Source of the DNA: Promethearchaeota archaeon
GTDB taxonomy: Archaea; Asgardarchaeota; Lokiarchaeia; Sigyniarchaeales; SOKP01
DNA length: 28,158 nt
Assembly: GCA_013375475.1 (NCBI GenBank)
Contig: JABXKD010000048.1
Location: forward strand, 1-28,158
Reading direction: 5' to 3'
Shown here piece after piece: positions 9,474-19,246 of this stretch; positions within the stretch are counted from its first letter, which is position 1, and each line of letters begins with the position of its first letter. The notes below the pieces were generated by a model. That model was not told the origin of the DNA and searched no databases. It saw only the letters and a program-made list of their open reading frames with translations. Position numbers and translations under genes: made by a program.

Positions 9474-10670
9474 TTAGAAATCAATATCCCTTCCTTCATA
9501 GGCATATTCGTACAGTTTTCTGAATTCTGCACCACTAGTTGATCTTGGGGTTAGAACCGAACTGGCATCTTGAAAGCATAAATTAACTAAAGAATCTAAA
9601 CCTTTTTCAAAATCTTCTTTTGAAACACCAGTTTCTTTAAGGCTCATAGGAAAATTTACTTCCTTTTGAAGATCAACCAATTTCTCTATTACTTTCTCTG
9701 CTGCTTTTTTATCTACTTCGCTCCAAGAGACCCAACCTAACTGTTTTGCTAGTTTAGCGTAAATCTTGATAGCATCATCTTTCTCAGAATCATTCATAAT
9801 AAATTGAGTAACATATTTCAATACAATTCCTACACTTTTACCATGATGTACGTGATACATCGAGCCCCACGAATGTCCAAGTGTGTGTCCTATATGTACT
9901 TGTCCATTTCCAAAAGCTAAGCCGGCAATAGTAGCGGCCTGGTGAAGAAAATCTCTCGCTTCTAGATTTTTCTCGTCTTTATGGATTATAGGCAAGTATT
10001 TAAAGACTAATTCGATTGCTTTAAGTGCTAAAGCGTCACTAAATTCATTTCGCCATAAAGTTCCCAAACCTTCTATAGCGTGAGCAAGCGCATCAAAAGC
10101 GGTGTTAACTGTTAACTCTAAAGGCATGCCTGCTGGAAAAATTGGGTCTATAATAGCGTAGGTTGGTATTAGCCCTCTATGTAGAAAGAAAAACTTCTTC
10201 CATATCTCATCTTCATAGCGAGAAATTACTGTAATAAAGGTAGTTTCAGCTCCCGTTCCAGAAGTCGTGGGTATGGCAACCAGCTTTGCTTTTTTACCCA
10301 TATCATATAAATCATTCCTAAAGGCATGAATGTCATCAAGTGAGAATTCGGGAAATTCGTATAAAACCCAAACTACCTTAGCTGTATCCATAACTGAACC
10401 TCCACCTAAAGCAATAATAATGTCAGGAGCATAATTTAAACACAAATCTCGAGCTTTAAGGACGCCTTCTTCTCTCGGATCTGGCACAACATCGTCAAAA
10501 ACCTCATATTTTTTCCCAGATTTATCAAGGACATCAGTTAAAATCTTTAAATAACCTAAATCTTTAACTACTTTATCAGTAATTATGAAACATTTATCGC
10601 CTGATATATTTTCCATAAAGTCTATGGAATCGGGGCCATAGATAATATTAGGGGAAAAGAAAAACCACAT
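9474..10670 (-). CDS. Iron-containing alcohol dehydrogenase
   Basis: ALGGGSVMDTAK, AIPTTSGTGAE, DALAHAIE, HTLGH...HVHHG metal ligands; GGTGA SD 9 nt upstream of the ATG. Confidence 0.93.
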   Translation of the reverse strand: MWFFFSPNIIYGPDSIDFMENISGDKCFIITDKVVKDLGYLKILTDVLDKSGKKYEVFDDVVPDPREEGVLKARDLCLNYAPDIIIALGGGSVMDTAKVVWVLYEFPEFSLDDIHAFRNDLYDMGKKAKLVAIPTTSGTGAETTFITVISRYEDEIWKKFFFLHRGLIPTYAIIDPIFPAGMPLELTVNTAFDALAHAIEGLGTLWRNEFSDALALKAIELVFKYLPIIHKDEKNLEARDFLHQAATIAGLAFGNGQVHIGHTLGHSWGSMYHVHHGKSVGIVLKYVTQFIMNDSEKDDAIKIYAKLAKQLGWVSWSEVDKKAAEKVIEKLVDLQKEVNFPMSLKETGVSKEDFEKGLDSLVNLCFQDASSVLTPRSTSGAEFRKLYEYAYEGRDIDF

Positions 10671-10827
10671 TTTATAAATTCACCATCTATTTTTTATTAT
10701 TCGTGTAAAATTAAATTTCAATTTTGAATAATTAATAATACTTATATTTTGTTTAGGTTAAATAAATTATTAACTGAAAAAAAATAAATAAAACCCATTG
10801 CGGCAGTAGGATGTAAGGTTAATAAAA

Positions 10828-11253
10828 ATGGAAGAATCTGAGAAAGAAAATTTGTTTATTACTTTCAAAGGAGTTATCGATAGTATTATTCTGGATAAGC
10901 GGAATAACCCAAAGAATATTAAAATGCTTGATGAATTTCAAGCAAAACTGAACATTGGTCTTCAAATAGAGAAGGATTTTTGCCTTTGGGTTAACCTTGT
11001 AGCAGAAAATGGAAATTATTCTTTAAATGAAGGCAAATTAGAAGAATACGATTTAGAGATAATAGCTACACCTGAGGATTTAATGTATTTTTCTAACGGC
11101 GAAAATTCAACATTAAACATGATGTTAAAAAAGAATGTATTTGGTGAGAGGAAGCTTCAATACGATAAAAGCAGCAAAGGGAAAAGAAATCTCGGTTTAC
11201 TGTTAAAATTACCGAAGATTCTTGTATTAGATAAAATTAAAAAGCCAGATTAA
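10828..11253 (+). CDS. Divergent SCP2 (sterol-carrier/lipid-binding)-like protein
   Basis: Size and pattern EGKLEEYDLEIIATPEDLMYFSNGENSTLNMML...GxxNLGLLLKLPKIL resemble the SCP2 fold; AAGGT SD before the ATG. Confidence 0.5.
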   Translation: MEESEKENLFITFKGVIDSIILDKRNNPKNIKMLDEFQAKLNIGLQIEKDFCLWVNLVAENGNYSLNEGKLEEYDLEIIATPEDLMYFSNGENSTLNMMLKKNVFGERKLQYDKSSKGKRNLGLLLKLPKILVLDKIKKPD

Positions 11254-11293
11254 GATCAAGTTCTTAATTTTACACTTTCTTTAATTTTTTTGT

Positions 11294-11929
11294 TTAATCT
11301 TCAGTTATGGAGTGAATTTTGTCGTTTTCAAAGATATAACTATAGTTTATTTCTCTAAACTTTGAAGCTTTAATATCATACTGATGTAGTGTTATGTTTA
11401 TTTTACTTGTTATATCGTTTATCTTTAAAACAATAAACGACGGATTTCGACTTGCTACAAAAGACCATGCACCAGTAACGCTCCCAGGATTTAATAATAA
11501 AATGTAGTTTTTTGTTAGAGTAATTTCTTCCTTATGAGTATGTCCAGAGATTAAGATATTAAAGTTTTTTTGAATTGCGAGAGATTCTAGTTGAGAATGA
11601 TCTCCCCTCGGAGATATTTGATGACCATGAGTTAAGCCTATTACTATTTTTGTATTGCTAGTGAGAAAGATATTTATTTGTTGATAAAATGGGGCTTCAT
11701 GATTACCCTCATAATAATCCATATTTCCCATTACAAGAAATACTTTCTCTTTCGTAATATTTTTTAAAAAATTCATAAATTCAGGTGCTCTAATAACATC
11801 ACCCGTAAAAAATATATAGTCGAATTTTTCCGTTTCAGTAATTTGTTCTAACTTGAAGTGAATTTGGTCTGGGATATTTTTTGCTCTCTGGGGTATATGA
11901 GAATCTCCAATTGCTAGTATTTTTATCAT
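11294..11929 (-). CDS. Vps29-like / YfcE-MJ0936 family metallophosphoesterase
   Basis: GDSHIP, TGD, GNMD, GLTHGHQ, ILISGHTH, NPGSVTGAWS, PSF; ATG at 11929 preferred over the TTG at 11938. Confidence 0.88.
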   Translation of the reverse strand: MIKILAIGDSHIPQRAKNIPDQIHFKLEQITETEKFDYIFFTGDVIRAPEFMNFLKNITKEKVFLVMGNMDYYEGNHEAPFYQQINIFLTSNTKIVIGLTHGHQISPRGDHSQLESLAIQKNFNILISGHTHKEEITLTKNYILLLNPGSVTGAWSFVASRNPSFIVLKINDITSKINITLHQYDIKASKFREINYSYIFENDKIHSITED

Positions 11930-11991
11930 AATTAGCAAGTTTGTAGATTATATTTGGTTGAATGAAGTAAAGTAAGAGATTAACATTTAAT

Positions 11992-13128
11992 CTATCTAGT
12001 TATCATTAGTTCTTCTAGTTCTTTTTTCATCTTCTGAACATTTGGTTGCTCGAAATGCTTCCGTACTGGCTCTAGGATATCAATAATCTGGTTTGCAATT
12101 CCTATTTTCAGATCGAGAGGATGCAAGCTTTTTGATAAAAAGGCACTTTCTAGCTCATGGTAAGATTTAAATTCTATATTACCACCAAATTTTGGTTTTC
12201 TTTCGATTAAAAGACTTGAATTTTCGTTTCTGAAGATAATGAATTTAGCCCAGTCTAAAATTGGATTAATTGAAACATTTCCTTCAGGACAGAATGCAGA
12301 TTTTACCTTGTTTTTGATTTCATCAGGAGAATCATTAACAAATACAGCTGAGTTTGGTATCGATTTACTCATTTTCATATCTGACCAAAGTTCTTGAAGT
12401 TGTGATTGATCTTTAATGGGCCAAATTGATGGTTTTGTCAATCCTAATATTAAATGATGATGGACGCATATGGGTTTTATTTTTTCTCCCTTATTGTCAA
12501 TAAGGTTATTCTTCTTCATTTTTAGAGCAACCTCTCTTGCTACAACATGTGCTTTTCTCTGATCATAACCGGCGTGTGCTAAACTAACATTTTGTATGAA
12601 AATATCTGCTACTTGCATCGCCGGGTAGAGTAATTTGGCAAAATCTACGCCCTCACCCATTTTTCGACCCATTATTGTAATGCTTCTATGCATTCTGTTA
12701 AGAGTGGTGTTTTTACAAACATCTATAAAAGTTTCCCAGTAACTATCGTTGTTGTGGTAAAGATCTGTACCAAGAGTAAATTTAACTTTCTCAGGATTTG
12801 CTCCAACAGCTTTCAAGCATGCTTTTAAGCCTTCTTTAAAATAGCCAACTGCAATTTTTTGGATTTGTTCGCGATCTCCACCTAATTTATCGTTTATCCA
12901 GCTATGCCAATCAGCTAGGAAGACTGTGCAATTAGCTCCTGCATCAATGAAATCCTTTATTTTTGACATACAAACGATTCCTGTTCCTAAGTGAACCTTT
13001 CCTGAAATCTCAAAACCAATGTAATGATTTAAGGGAATGCTTGTTTCTAAATAGTGCTTTAAATCGTCATCAGTTAAAATTTCTTCAGTTCCCCTTTTAA
13101 TTAAGTTAAATCTTTCTACTACATCCAT
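11992..13128 (-). CDS. tyrS: Tyrosine--tRNA ligase, archaeal/eukaryote type
   Basis: YIGFEISGKVHLG (HIGH), ADWHSWINDK, YPAMQVADIF, GYDQRKAH, KMSKS. Confidence 0.96.
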   Translation of the reverse strand: MDVVERFNLIKRGTEEILTDDDLKHYLETSIPLNHYIGFEISGKVHLGTGIVCMSKIKDFIDAGANCTVFLADWHSWINDKLGGDREQIQKIAVGYFKEGLKACLKAVGANPEKVKFTLGTDLYHNNDSYWETFIDVCKNTTLNRMHRSITIMGRKMGEGVDFAKLLYPAMQVADIFIQNVSLAHAGYDQRKAHVVAREVALKMKKNNLIDNKGEKIKPICVHHHLILGLTKPSIWPIKDQSQLQELWSDMKMSKSIPNSAVFVNDSPDEIKNKVKSAFCPEGNVSINPILDWAKFIIFRNENSSLLIERKPKFGGNIEFKSYHELESAFLSKSLHPLDLKIGIANQIIDILEPVRKHFEQPNVQKMKKELEELMITR

Positions 13129-13262
13129 GAATAAAAATAAAATTGTAAGGTTTAATTATTTTATTACAAAGACTATGAGGTATAATATCTTTTGATATTA
13201 GTTGTGACTCATTAGATATTGAAAAAATGGTAAATAAATTTATTCATGTTATATTGCATTAT

Positions 13263-15968
13263 TTATTTTATATTTTCTATTTCTTTCTCCATAATTGCTG
13301 CTTGGGCTGCCGCAATTCGTGCTACAGGAATCCTAAAGGGCGAACATGAAACATAATCTAAACCAATTGATGCGACGAATTTAATGCTACTTGGTTCTCC
13401 ACCGTGTTCGCCACAAACCCCACACTTTAAGCCTGGTCTTGTCTCTCTTCCTAACTTAACGGCCATCTTCATTAGTTTACCAACACCATCTTGATCTAAG
13501 ATTTCAAAAGGATTTCGCTCTAAAATTTCCTTATTTAAGTAAACGGGGATAAACTTACCCTCAGCATCGTCTCGACTAAATCCAAATGTCATTTGAGTCA
13601 AATCGTTAGTGCCAAAAGAAAAGAATTCCGCTTCCATCGCAATTTCGTCGGCGGTTAAAGCAGCTCTCGGAATTTCTATCATTGTTCCAAATTTGTAGTT
13701 TAACTCTACGCCATAATCTTTAATAGTTTCCTCAGCTATTTCAAGTAGTTGAGCTTTCACATATTGCAATTCTGAAATCATACCAATAAGGGGGATCATT
13801 ACTTCGGGAATTACCTCAACACCTTGCAGTGTGAGCTCGCAAGCTGCTTCAAAAATAGCTTTAACTTGCATTTCATTAATTTCAGGCCAAACAATTCCTA
13901 AACGACACCCTCTAAGACCCATCATAGGATTCTCCTCTGAGAGCGATCGAATTAATTGAATCACCTTTTTTTTCTTCTTTATTTCTTCATCGAGAGGACT
14001 TATATCTAACATTGATTTTGATAATGAATTAGTCATTATCAATTCTTGATTTTCTAATAAAACAGTTGATAACTCTGGTAAAAATTCATGTAATGGAGGA
14101 TCTAGCAATCTTATCGTTACTGGTTTTCCCTCCATTATCTTAAAGATTTCTAAGAAATCTCCTTTTTGCATTGGTAAAATTTTGTTTAACGCGTCTTGGC
14201 GTTCCTCAATTGTTTGAGCCATAATCATTTTTTGAACTACTGGTAATCTTTCTTGAGCCATAAACATATGTTCAGTTCTCGTTAATCCTATACCTTCAGC
14301 ACCAAATTCTAAAGCTTTTTTAGCATCGGTTGGAGTATCTGCGTTTGCTCGCACACCCAAGGTTCTTATATCATCAGCAATTTCTAATAATTCTAAAAAT
14401 TCCCCTTTAATTTCAGGTTCTACTAAGGAAACCTTTCCCTCAATTACACGTCCAGTCGTTCCATCAATCGTTATATACTCTCCTTCTTTAATTACAGTGT
14501 CACCTACTCTAAATTCTTTAGCTTCTTCGTCGATCTCAATATCTTGAGCACCTACAACTGCAGGTTTACCCATACCTCTCGCAACAACAGCAGCATGAGA
14601 TGTTTTGCCCCCAAATTGAGTTAAAACTCCGCTAGACGCGTATAATCCATGAACATCTTCGGGTTTAGTTTGAGGACGAACTAGAATGATTTCATCTTCG
14701 CCGGAGTGAGCTAATTTTTCTGCTTCATCAGAGTCAAATATAGCGATTCCTGAAACGGCACCAGGAGAAGCGTTTATTCCTTTTGCCAACACACGTACAA
14801 TAGCATTTTCATCTATGCTCTTAAATAAAAGTTTAGAAATTTTATTAGGATCAATACTCATAATTGCTTCTTCGTTATTTATTAAACCTTCTTTAACCAT
14901 GTCGACAGCAATTTTAACTGCAGCAGAGGGAGTGCGTTTCCCATTACGAGTTTGTAATATGAAGAGTTCTCCGTTTTCAATAGTAAATTCAATATCTTGC
15001 ATGTCTCGATAATGCTTCTCAAGTTTTATCATAGTGCTTTTCAATTGCTTGTATATTTTTGGAAATTCGTTGTTCATTTCTTCAAGTCTTTTCGGAGTTC
15101 TTATTCCGGCAACAACATCTTCTCCTTGAGCATTTGTAAGATATTCCCCAAACTTAATGTTATCTCCATTAGAAGGATCTCTCGTAAATGCTACGCCAGT
15201 GGCTGAATTCTCTCCCTTATTCCCAAATACCATAACTTGAATGTTAACCGCAGTTCCAAAATTAGGGATATTAGAAATTTTCCGATATGTGATTGCTCTT
15301 TTATTATTCCAAGATTTAAAAACGGCTTCTATAGCTATAAAAAGTTGCTTATAAGGATCTTGAGGAAATGGTGATCCAATTTCTTTTTCATATAATGCTT
15401 TATAATCAGCAATTACTTTTTGAAGATCTTTAACCTTTAAATCGGTATCATGAGCATTTCTGGAGATAGCACGTTTGTATTTATCGAGAATTCTTTCGAA
15501 CTTCTCATCCCCAATTCCCATACAAACATCGCCAAACATTTGGATAAATCTCCTCCACGAATCATAAGCAAATCGAGGGTTTCCAGTCTGTTCTGCCACA
15601 GCTTTAACAGATTCGTCATTTAATCCTAGATTTAATACCGTGTCCATCATGCCCGGCATACTCATTGGAGCCCCAGAGCGGACGCTCAGAAGCAATGGGT
15701 TATTCTTATCTCCAAATTTCTTACTCGTAGCTTCCTCCAATTTTTTTAAATGATCTAAAACCATTGGCTCGATTTTTGCCATTAGTTTTTCTAAATCCTT
15801 AAAATAAATTAGACACGCTTCGGTTGTGATAGTGAATCCAGGAGGAATATTTAAACCCAAATGAGTCATTTCTCCAAGATTTGCGCCTTTTCCACCAAGT
15901 AGATTTTTTAACTCTTTTCTACCTTCGCTAAAGTCATAGATATATTTAGGTGTTTCTGTAGATGTCAT
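13263..15968 (-). CDS. ppdK: Pyruvate, phosphate dikinase
   Basis: LLGGKGANL, SVRSGA...SMPGMMDTVLNLG, GGKTSHAAVVARG (phospho-His), FSFGTNDLTQ, GVCGEHGG. Confidence 0.97.
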   Translation of the reverse strand: MTSTETPKYIYDFSEGRKELKNLLGGKGANLGEMTHLGLNIPPGFTITTEACLIYFKDLEKLMAKIEPMVLDHLKKLEEATSKKFGDKNNPLLLSVRSGAPMSMPGMMDTVLNLGLNDESVKAVAEQTGNPRFAYDSWRRFIQMFGDVCMGIGDEKFERILDKYKRAISRNAHDTDLKVKDLQKVIADYKALYEKEIGSPFPQDPYKQLFIAIEAVFKSWNNKRAITYRKISNIPNFGTAVNIQVMVFGNKGENSATGVAFTRDPSNGDNIKFGEYLTNAQGEDVVAGIRTPKRLEEMNNEFPKIYKQLKSTMIKLEKHYRDMQDIEFTIENGELFILQTRNGKRTPSAAVKIAVDMVKEGLINNEEAIMSIDPNKISKLLFKSIDENAIVRVLAKGINASPGAVSGIAIFDSDEAEKLAHSGEDEIILVRPQTKPEDVHGLYASSGVLTQFGGKTSHAAVVARGMGKPAVVGAQDIEIDEEAKEFRVGDTVIKEGEYITIDGTTGRVIEGKVSLVEPEIKGEFLELLEIADDIRTLGVRANADTPTDAKKALEFGAEGIGLTRTEHMFMAQERLPVVQKMIMAQTIEERQDALNKILPMQKGDFLEIFKIMEGKPVTIRLLDPPLHEFLPELSTVLLENQELIMTNSLSKSMLDISPLDEEIKKKKKVIQLIRSLSEENPMMGLRGCRLGIVWPEINEMQVKAIFEAACELTLQGVEVIPEVMIPLIGMISELQYVKAQLLEIAEETIKDYGVELNYKFGTMIEIPRAALTADEIAMEAEFFSFGTNDLTQMTFGFSRDDAEGKFIPVYLNKEILERNPFEILDQDGVGKLMKMAVKLGRETRPGLKCGVCGEHGGEPSSIKFVASIGLDYVSCSPFRIPVARIAAAQAAIMEKEIENIK

Positions 15969-16112
15969 TTTTCATTTCTCAATTGTAATTATAAGAACAA
16001 ATCTTATTTTTACATTATTCTATATTAAGTTATATAATGATATTGAAATATAATTTCTCGTTAGAAATAAAATTTACTATATATAAAGGATTGAGGATAT
16101 ATTTAGAATAAA

Positions 16113-16919
16113 TTACTTTTTTAATGATTCAGAAATATCCCAGATTCCATCAATTACATAATCTGGCTTATATATTTCACTTTTTTCGATCATTTCTAAG
16201 GTGGTTTCTCCAGATAAGACGCAACATGTTGTCACTCCTGCTTCTTTTCCCATTTTTATATCTGTGTATAATCTGTCCCCGAATATTATGGCATCTTTAG
16301 GGTTTATCTCAATTTCCCGAAGTTTGAAGAGAAGCATTTCTTTATTTGGTTTTCCAAATACTCTCGGCATTTTTTCTACAGTTTTAAATAAAAGAGCAGC
16401 AATTCCTCCCGCATCAGGAATATATCCCTTCTCAGTAGGACATCTATCGTCAAGATGTGTAGCAATATATGGTATTTCTTCTTGGATCATTTTAGATGCT
16501 TTAACTAACCTCTCGTATGTCAATTCTTGATCAAAGGCAAGTACGACGATTTCGGGATCACTATCAGTCAAAATAAATCCCTCTTGCTGAAACTCTCGTT
16601 TAAGAGATTCTGTTCCTAATAAATAAATTTTTTTGTAATTCTCGCTTTTTAGATAATCAATAGTTGGGTGTTGAGATAATATTAAGTTATTAAGTGTAAC
16701 ATGTAAATTTAGATTGTTTAACTTCTTGATGTAATCTGATGTAGACTTACTTGAATTATTTGAGAGGAAAAAAAAGGGAATTTCTACTTCATTTAATATT
16801 TCTATTAATTGTTTAGCACCTCTAAAAAGTTGGTTTCCTAAATATATTGTACCGTCTAAGTCGAAGAAATATACTTTTTTTTTTTCCAATTCGGAAACCA
16901 ATTTTTTTATGGAACTCAT
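16113..16919 (-). CDS. HAD-IIA family phosphatase (NagD-like)
   Basis: FDLDGTIY, SNNSS, GKP, GDRLYTDI...VLSGET. Confidence 0.92.
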   Translation of the reverse strand: MSSIKKLVSELEKKKVYFFDLDGTIYLGNQLFRGAKQLIEILNEVEIPFFFLSNNSSKSTSDYIKKLNNLNLHVTLNNLILSQHPTIDYLKSENYKKIYLLGTESLKREFQQEGFILTDSDPEIVVLAFDQELTYERLVKASKMIQEEIPYIATHLDDRCPTEKGYIPDAGGIAALLFKTVEKMPRVFGKPNKEMLLFKLREIEINPKDAIIFGDRLYTDIKMGKEAGVTTCCVLSGETTLEMIEKSEIYKPDYVIDGIWDISESLKK

Positions 16920-17034
16920 GCTAACTGACTTTAAGAGTTAATATAGAGATTTATTTTGTAACATTAAATTAATTAATAAAGCGTCCTAAATTAATTAGTT
17001 TTTTCTAATTTTAATACTACAATCTCTTCAAGAT

Positions 17035-17697
17035 TCATGCCTCTAAAATTAACCATGCTTTGTACTTGTAAGTCATTTTCCCATTATCTAGTGGATCATA
17101 ACCCGTAACTTCTTCAAATAGAATTTGTTTTATTTCTGAATCAAGAACTTTGTAATAAGTTCCAATCTCCCTCTTTTCCAATGCAATACATAATAAAATT
17201 AAACACCCAACAAAGATCACACTAGTTACTAATGATTCGGTTGGTGTCATGTATATATTGGAAAAAACCCATACTAGAATAATTGGTATTATACTTAAAT
17301 AGCAGTATAGACAGTAATTTTTTGAATTATAGCTAAAAAAATTCTTGTAAATACTACTAATCATCCCATTTTCTGCGTTTTTTAGCAACCAATAGTTATA
17401 TTTAGTTTTAAATCTTATTCCCTCTAAAGGATTTATACCCTTTTCTTCCTTAAATTGTTCCTGTTTCAATTTTGTGTCCAAAATAATGAAGATTTTCTTT
17501 GCTTTAATCCACAGATAAATAAGCATAAAGCCTGATATACTTACCAATAAACCTAGATATAAATATAGAGGTGATTCAAGCGCTACTTGACTGCTTTCTA
17601 GAAAAAATATTATGAGGATTAATAGAATGAAATACGATAAAATCCTTCTTAATTCAAACTTCAAAAACAAAGTAAAATACGACTTTACCATTTTCAT
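17035..17697 (-). CDS. Hypothetical 4-TM membrane protein made of two tandem units of about 110 aa
   Basis: Two hydrophobic pairs, each followed by a D-x3-KQ-x2-F-x-E-x2-G-x2-PL...KY-x2-WL motif. Confidence 0.7.
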   Translation of the reverse strand: MKMVKSYFTLFLKFELRRILSYFILLILIIFFLESSQVALESPLYLYLGLLVSISGFMLIYLWIKAKKIFIILDTKLKQEQFKEEKGINPLEGIRFKTKYNYWLLKNAENGMISSIYKNFFSYNSKNYCLYCYLSIIPIILVWVFSNIYMTPTESLVTSVIFVGCLILLCIALEKREIGTYYKVLDSEIKQILFEEVTGYDPLDNGKMTYKYKAWLILEA

Positions 17698-17789
17698 ATA
17701 AGAAGTTCAAGATATTTACTGTAATAAAGTAAAGAAAAAAATGTAAAAATATAAGAATTATGGTTTTGATTTTTTAAGGATTTAATGTG

Positions 17790-19244
17790 TTACGACGCTA
17801 CTTTTGTTCCACACCATTTACAGAATTTTTCGTCGATGAGGAGTTTACTCCCACAGAAGGAACACGATTTTGATTTAGCAGGAGTAACTATTGTTGGTAT
17901 TCCGGTAATCCTTCCCTCAACTTTACCCCCACAACTAGGACAGAATTTGGCATCTGCTCGAATCGAAGCATTGCATCGTATGCATGTAGAAGTTGTTTTC
18001 TTTGATTTTGTTTCTGGAACTTTAGTAGGGGCTACTTTAGATGACGGTTTTGATTTCAGCTTCTTTTGTCCTCTCCTAGCTAAAAGCGCGACAACGATTA
18101 TAATACCAATTACAACTATGATGGTTATCAAGATGGGCTGAACATCAACCCACCTATCAACAGAGGTAATTCCAGTATCGTAAGTCACATCAAAAGTGAT
18201 TGTTGTACTCTCTTCGGGAGAAAGCATTGGATCAAAGTAAACGAAAAAATACCAATTCCCATCATTGGGAACTTCAAAAGTATCTTGAGTAATAGTATCT
18301 ACACCTTCTACATAAAAATCTGCTGCTGCTAGGTTAATTACGCCTACAGCGGAGTAATTGATTGTAAAGTTAACCGTTACTGTTGATAGTCCATCGTTAT
18401 ACCAGACGAGGTAATAATCCATTGCAGATAGAATGTTATACACACCGTTACCTTGAATTACATTAGATTCATCTACAAAAAAGGAGGGACTACCACCCAA
18501 ATTCCAATCGTAAAGAGCCTGTCCACTTGCAATGAAGAAGTCAATTTGGTTAGATGCATTAAAATTGTAATTGATTGAAGATCCCGGTTTTAAGTAATAT
18601 GATATATATTCATACCAGTCATTCGTAAGAATAAGTTGATCGTTGTAATTACCTATCTTTGTTGTAGTTGGTAAATCCTCAAATGGACGATCCCAAATAG
18701 CAAAGCTGATTAAACTCGGAGACGATTGTATTGAGTAAGTAATATAATTTCCATCTTTGATGTTTTCATATTCATACCAATATTCGTTGAAATATAGGGT
18801 TTCTGTAGAACGATAGTTTACAGTTCCGTTCGTGCTGGCATTACTAAATGGAAACCAAAGACCAATCCCAACAAGTGGTAATATGATTAGTCCTAAAACT
18901 ATTGCAATCGTTATTCCACCTCCAACATAAACGGGAGAATAATACCACGGTCTATACCATCGTCCAGCCCACCAGGGATTATACCACCAGCGGTAATACC
19001 ATGGTCGGTAACCATATCCGTAATACCTTCTATGAGGTCTATAATAGGAATGGCGATAAGGACCACTTGGAGATCTAGATGTTACTCGACTAGCTCCAGT
19101 TCGCCCAAATGGTGTTCCACTAGGTCTGGATCCACCCATTCGGAAAGCTGCGGAACCTCCTCGGAATCCTCCTCCTCGAAAACCGCCCCCGCCAAAACCA
19201 CCACCTCGAAAACCACCACCTCGAGCTCCACCACCCCGCGGCAC
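17790..19244 (-). CDS. Two-pass membrane protein: RGG and Tyr/Arg/Trp-rich N-terminus, beta-rich extracellular region, C-terminal double zinc ribbon
   Basis: GGFRGG repeats; YYRPHRRYYGYGYRPWYYRWWY; TM ITIAIVLGLIILPLVGIGLWF; five N-x-S/T sequons; TM ILITIIVVIGIIIVVALLA followed by RR..KK; CIRC/CPSC/CSFC/CKWC; GTG start 2 nt after the upstream stop. Confidence 0.85.
   Translation of the reverse strand: MPRGGGARGGGFRGGGFGGGGFRGGGFRGGSAAFRMGGSRPSGTPFGRTGASRVTSRSPSGPYRHSYYRPHRRYYGYGYRPWYYRWWYNPWWAGRWYRPWYYSPVYVGGGITIAIVLGLIILPLVGIGLWFPFSNASTNGTVNYRSTETLYFNEYWYEYENIKDGNYITYSIQSSPSLISFAIWDRPFEDLPTTTKIGNYNDQLILTNDWYEYISYYLKPGSSINYNFNASNQIDFFIASGQALYDWNLGGSPSFFVDESNVIQGNGVYNILSAMDYYLVWYNDGLSTVTVNFTINYSAVGVINLAAADFYVEGVDTITQDTFEVPNDGNWYFFVYFDPMLSPEESTTITFDVTYDTGITSVDRWVDVQPILITIIVVIGIIIVVALLARRGQKKLKSKPSSKVAPTKVPETKSKKTTSTCIRCNASIRADAKFCPSCGGKVEGRITGIPTIVTPAKSKSCSFCGSKLLIDEKFCKWCGTKVAS
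19140..19240 (-). repeat. G-rich low-complexity repeat encoding (GGGFR)n / RGG
   Basis: Minus strand ggtggttttcgaggtggtggttttggcgggggcggttttcgaggaggaggattccgaggagg. Confidence 0.85.
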
Positions 19245-19246
19245 TT

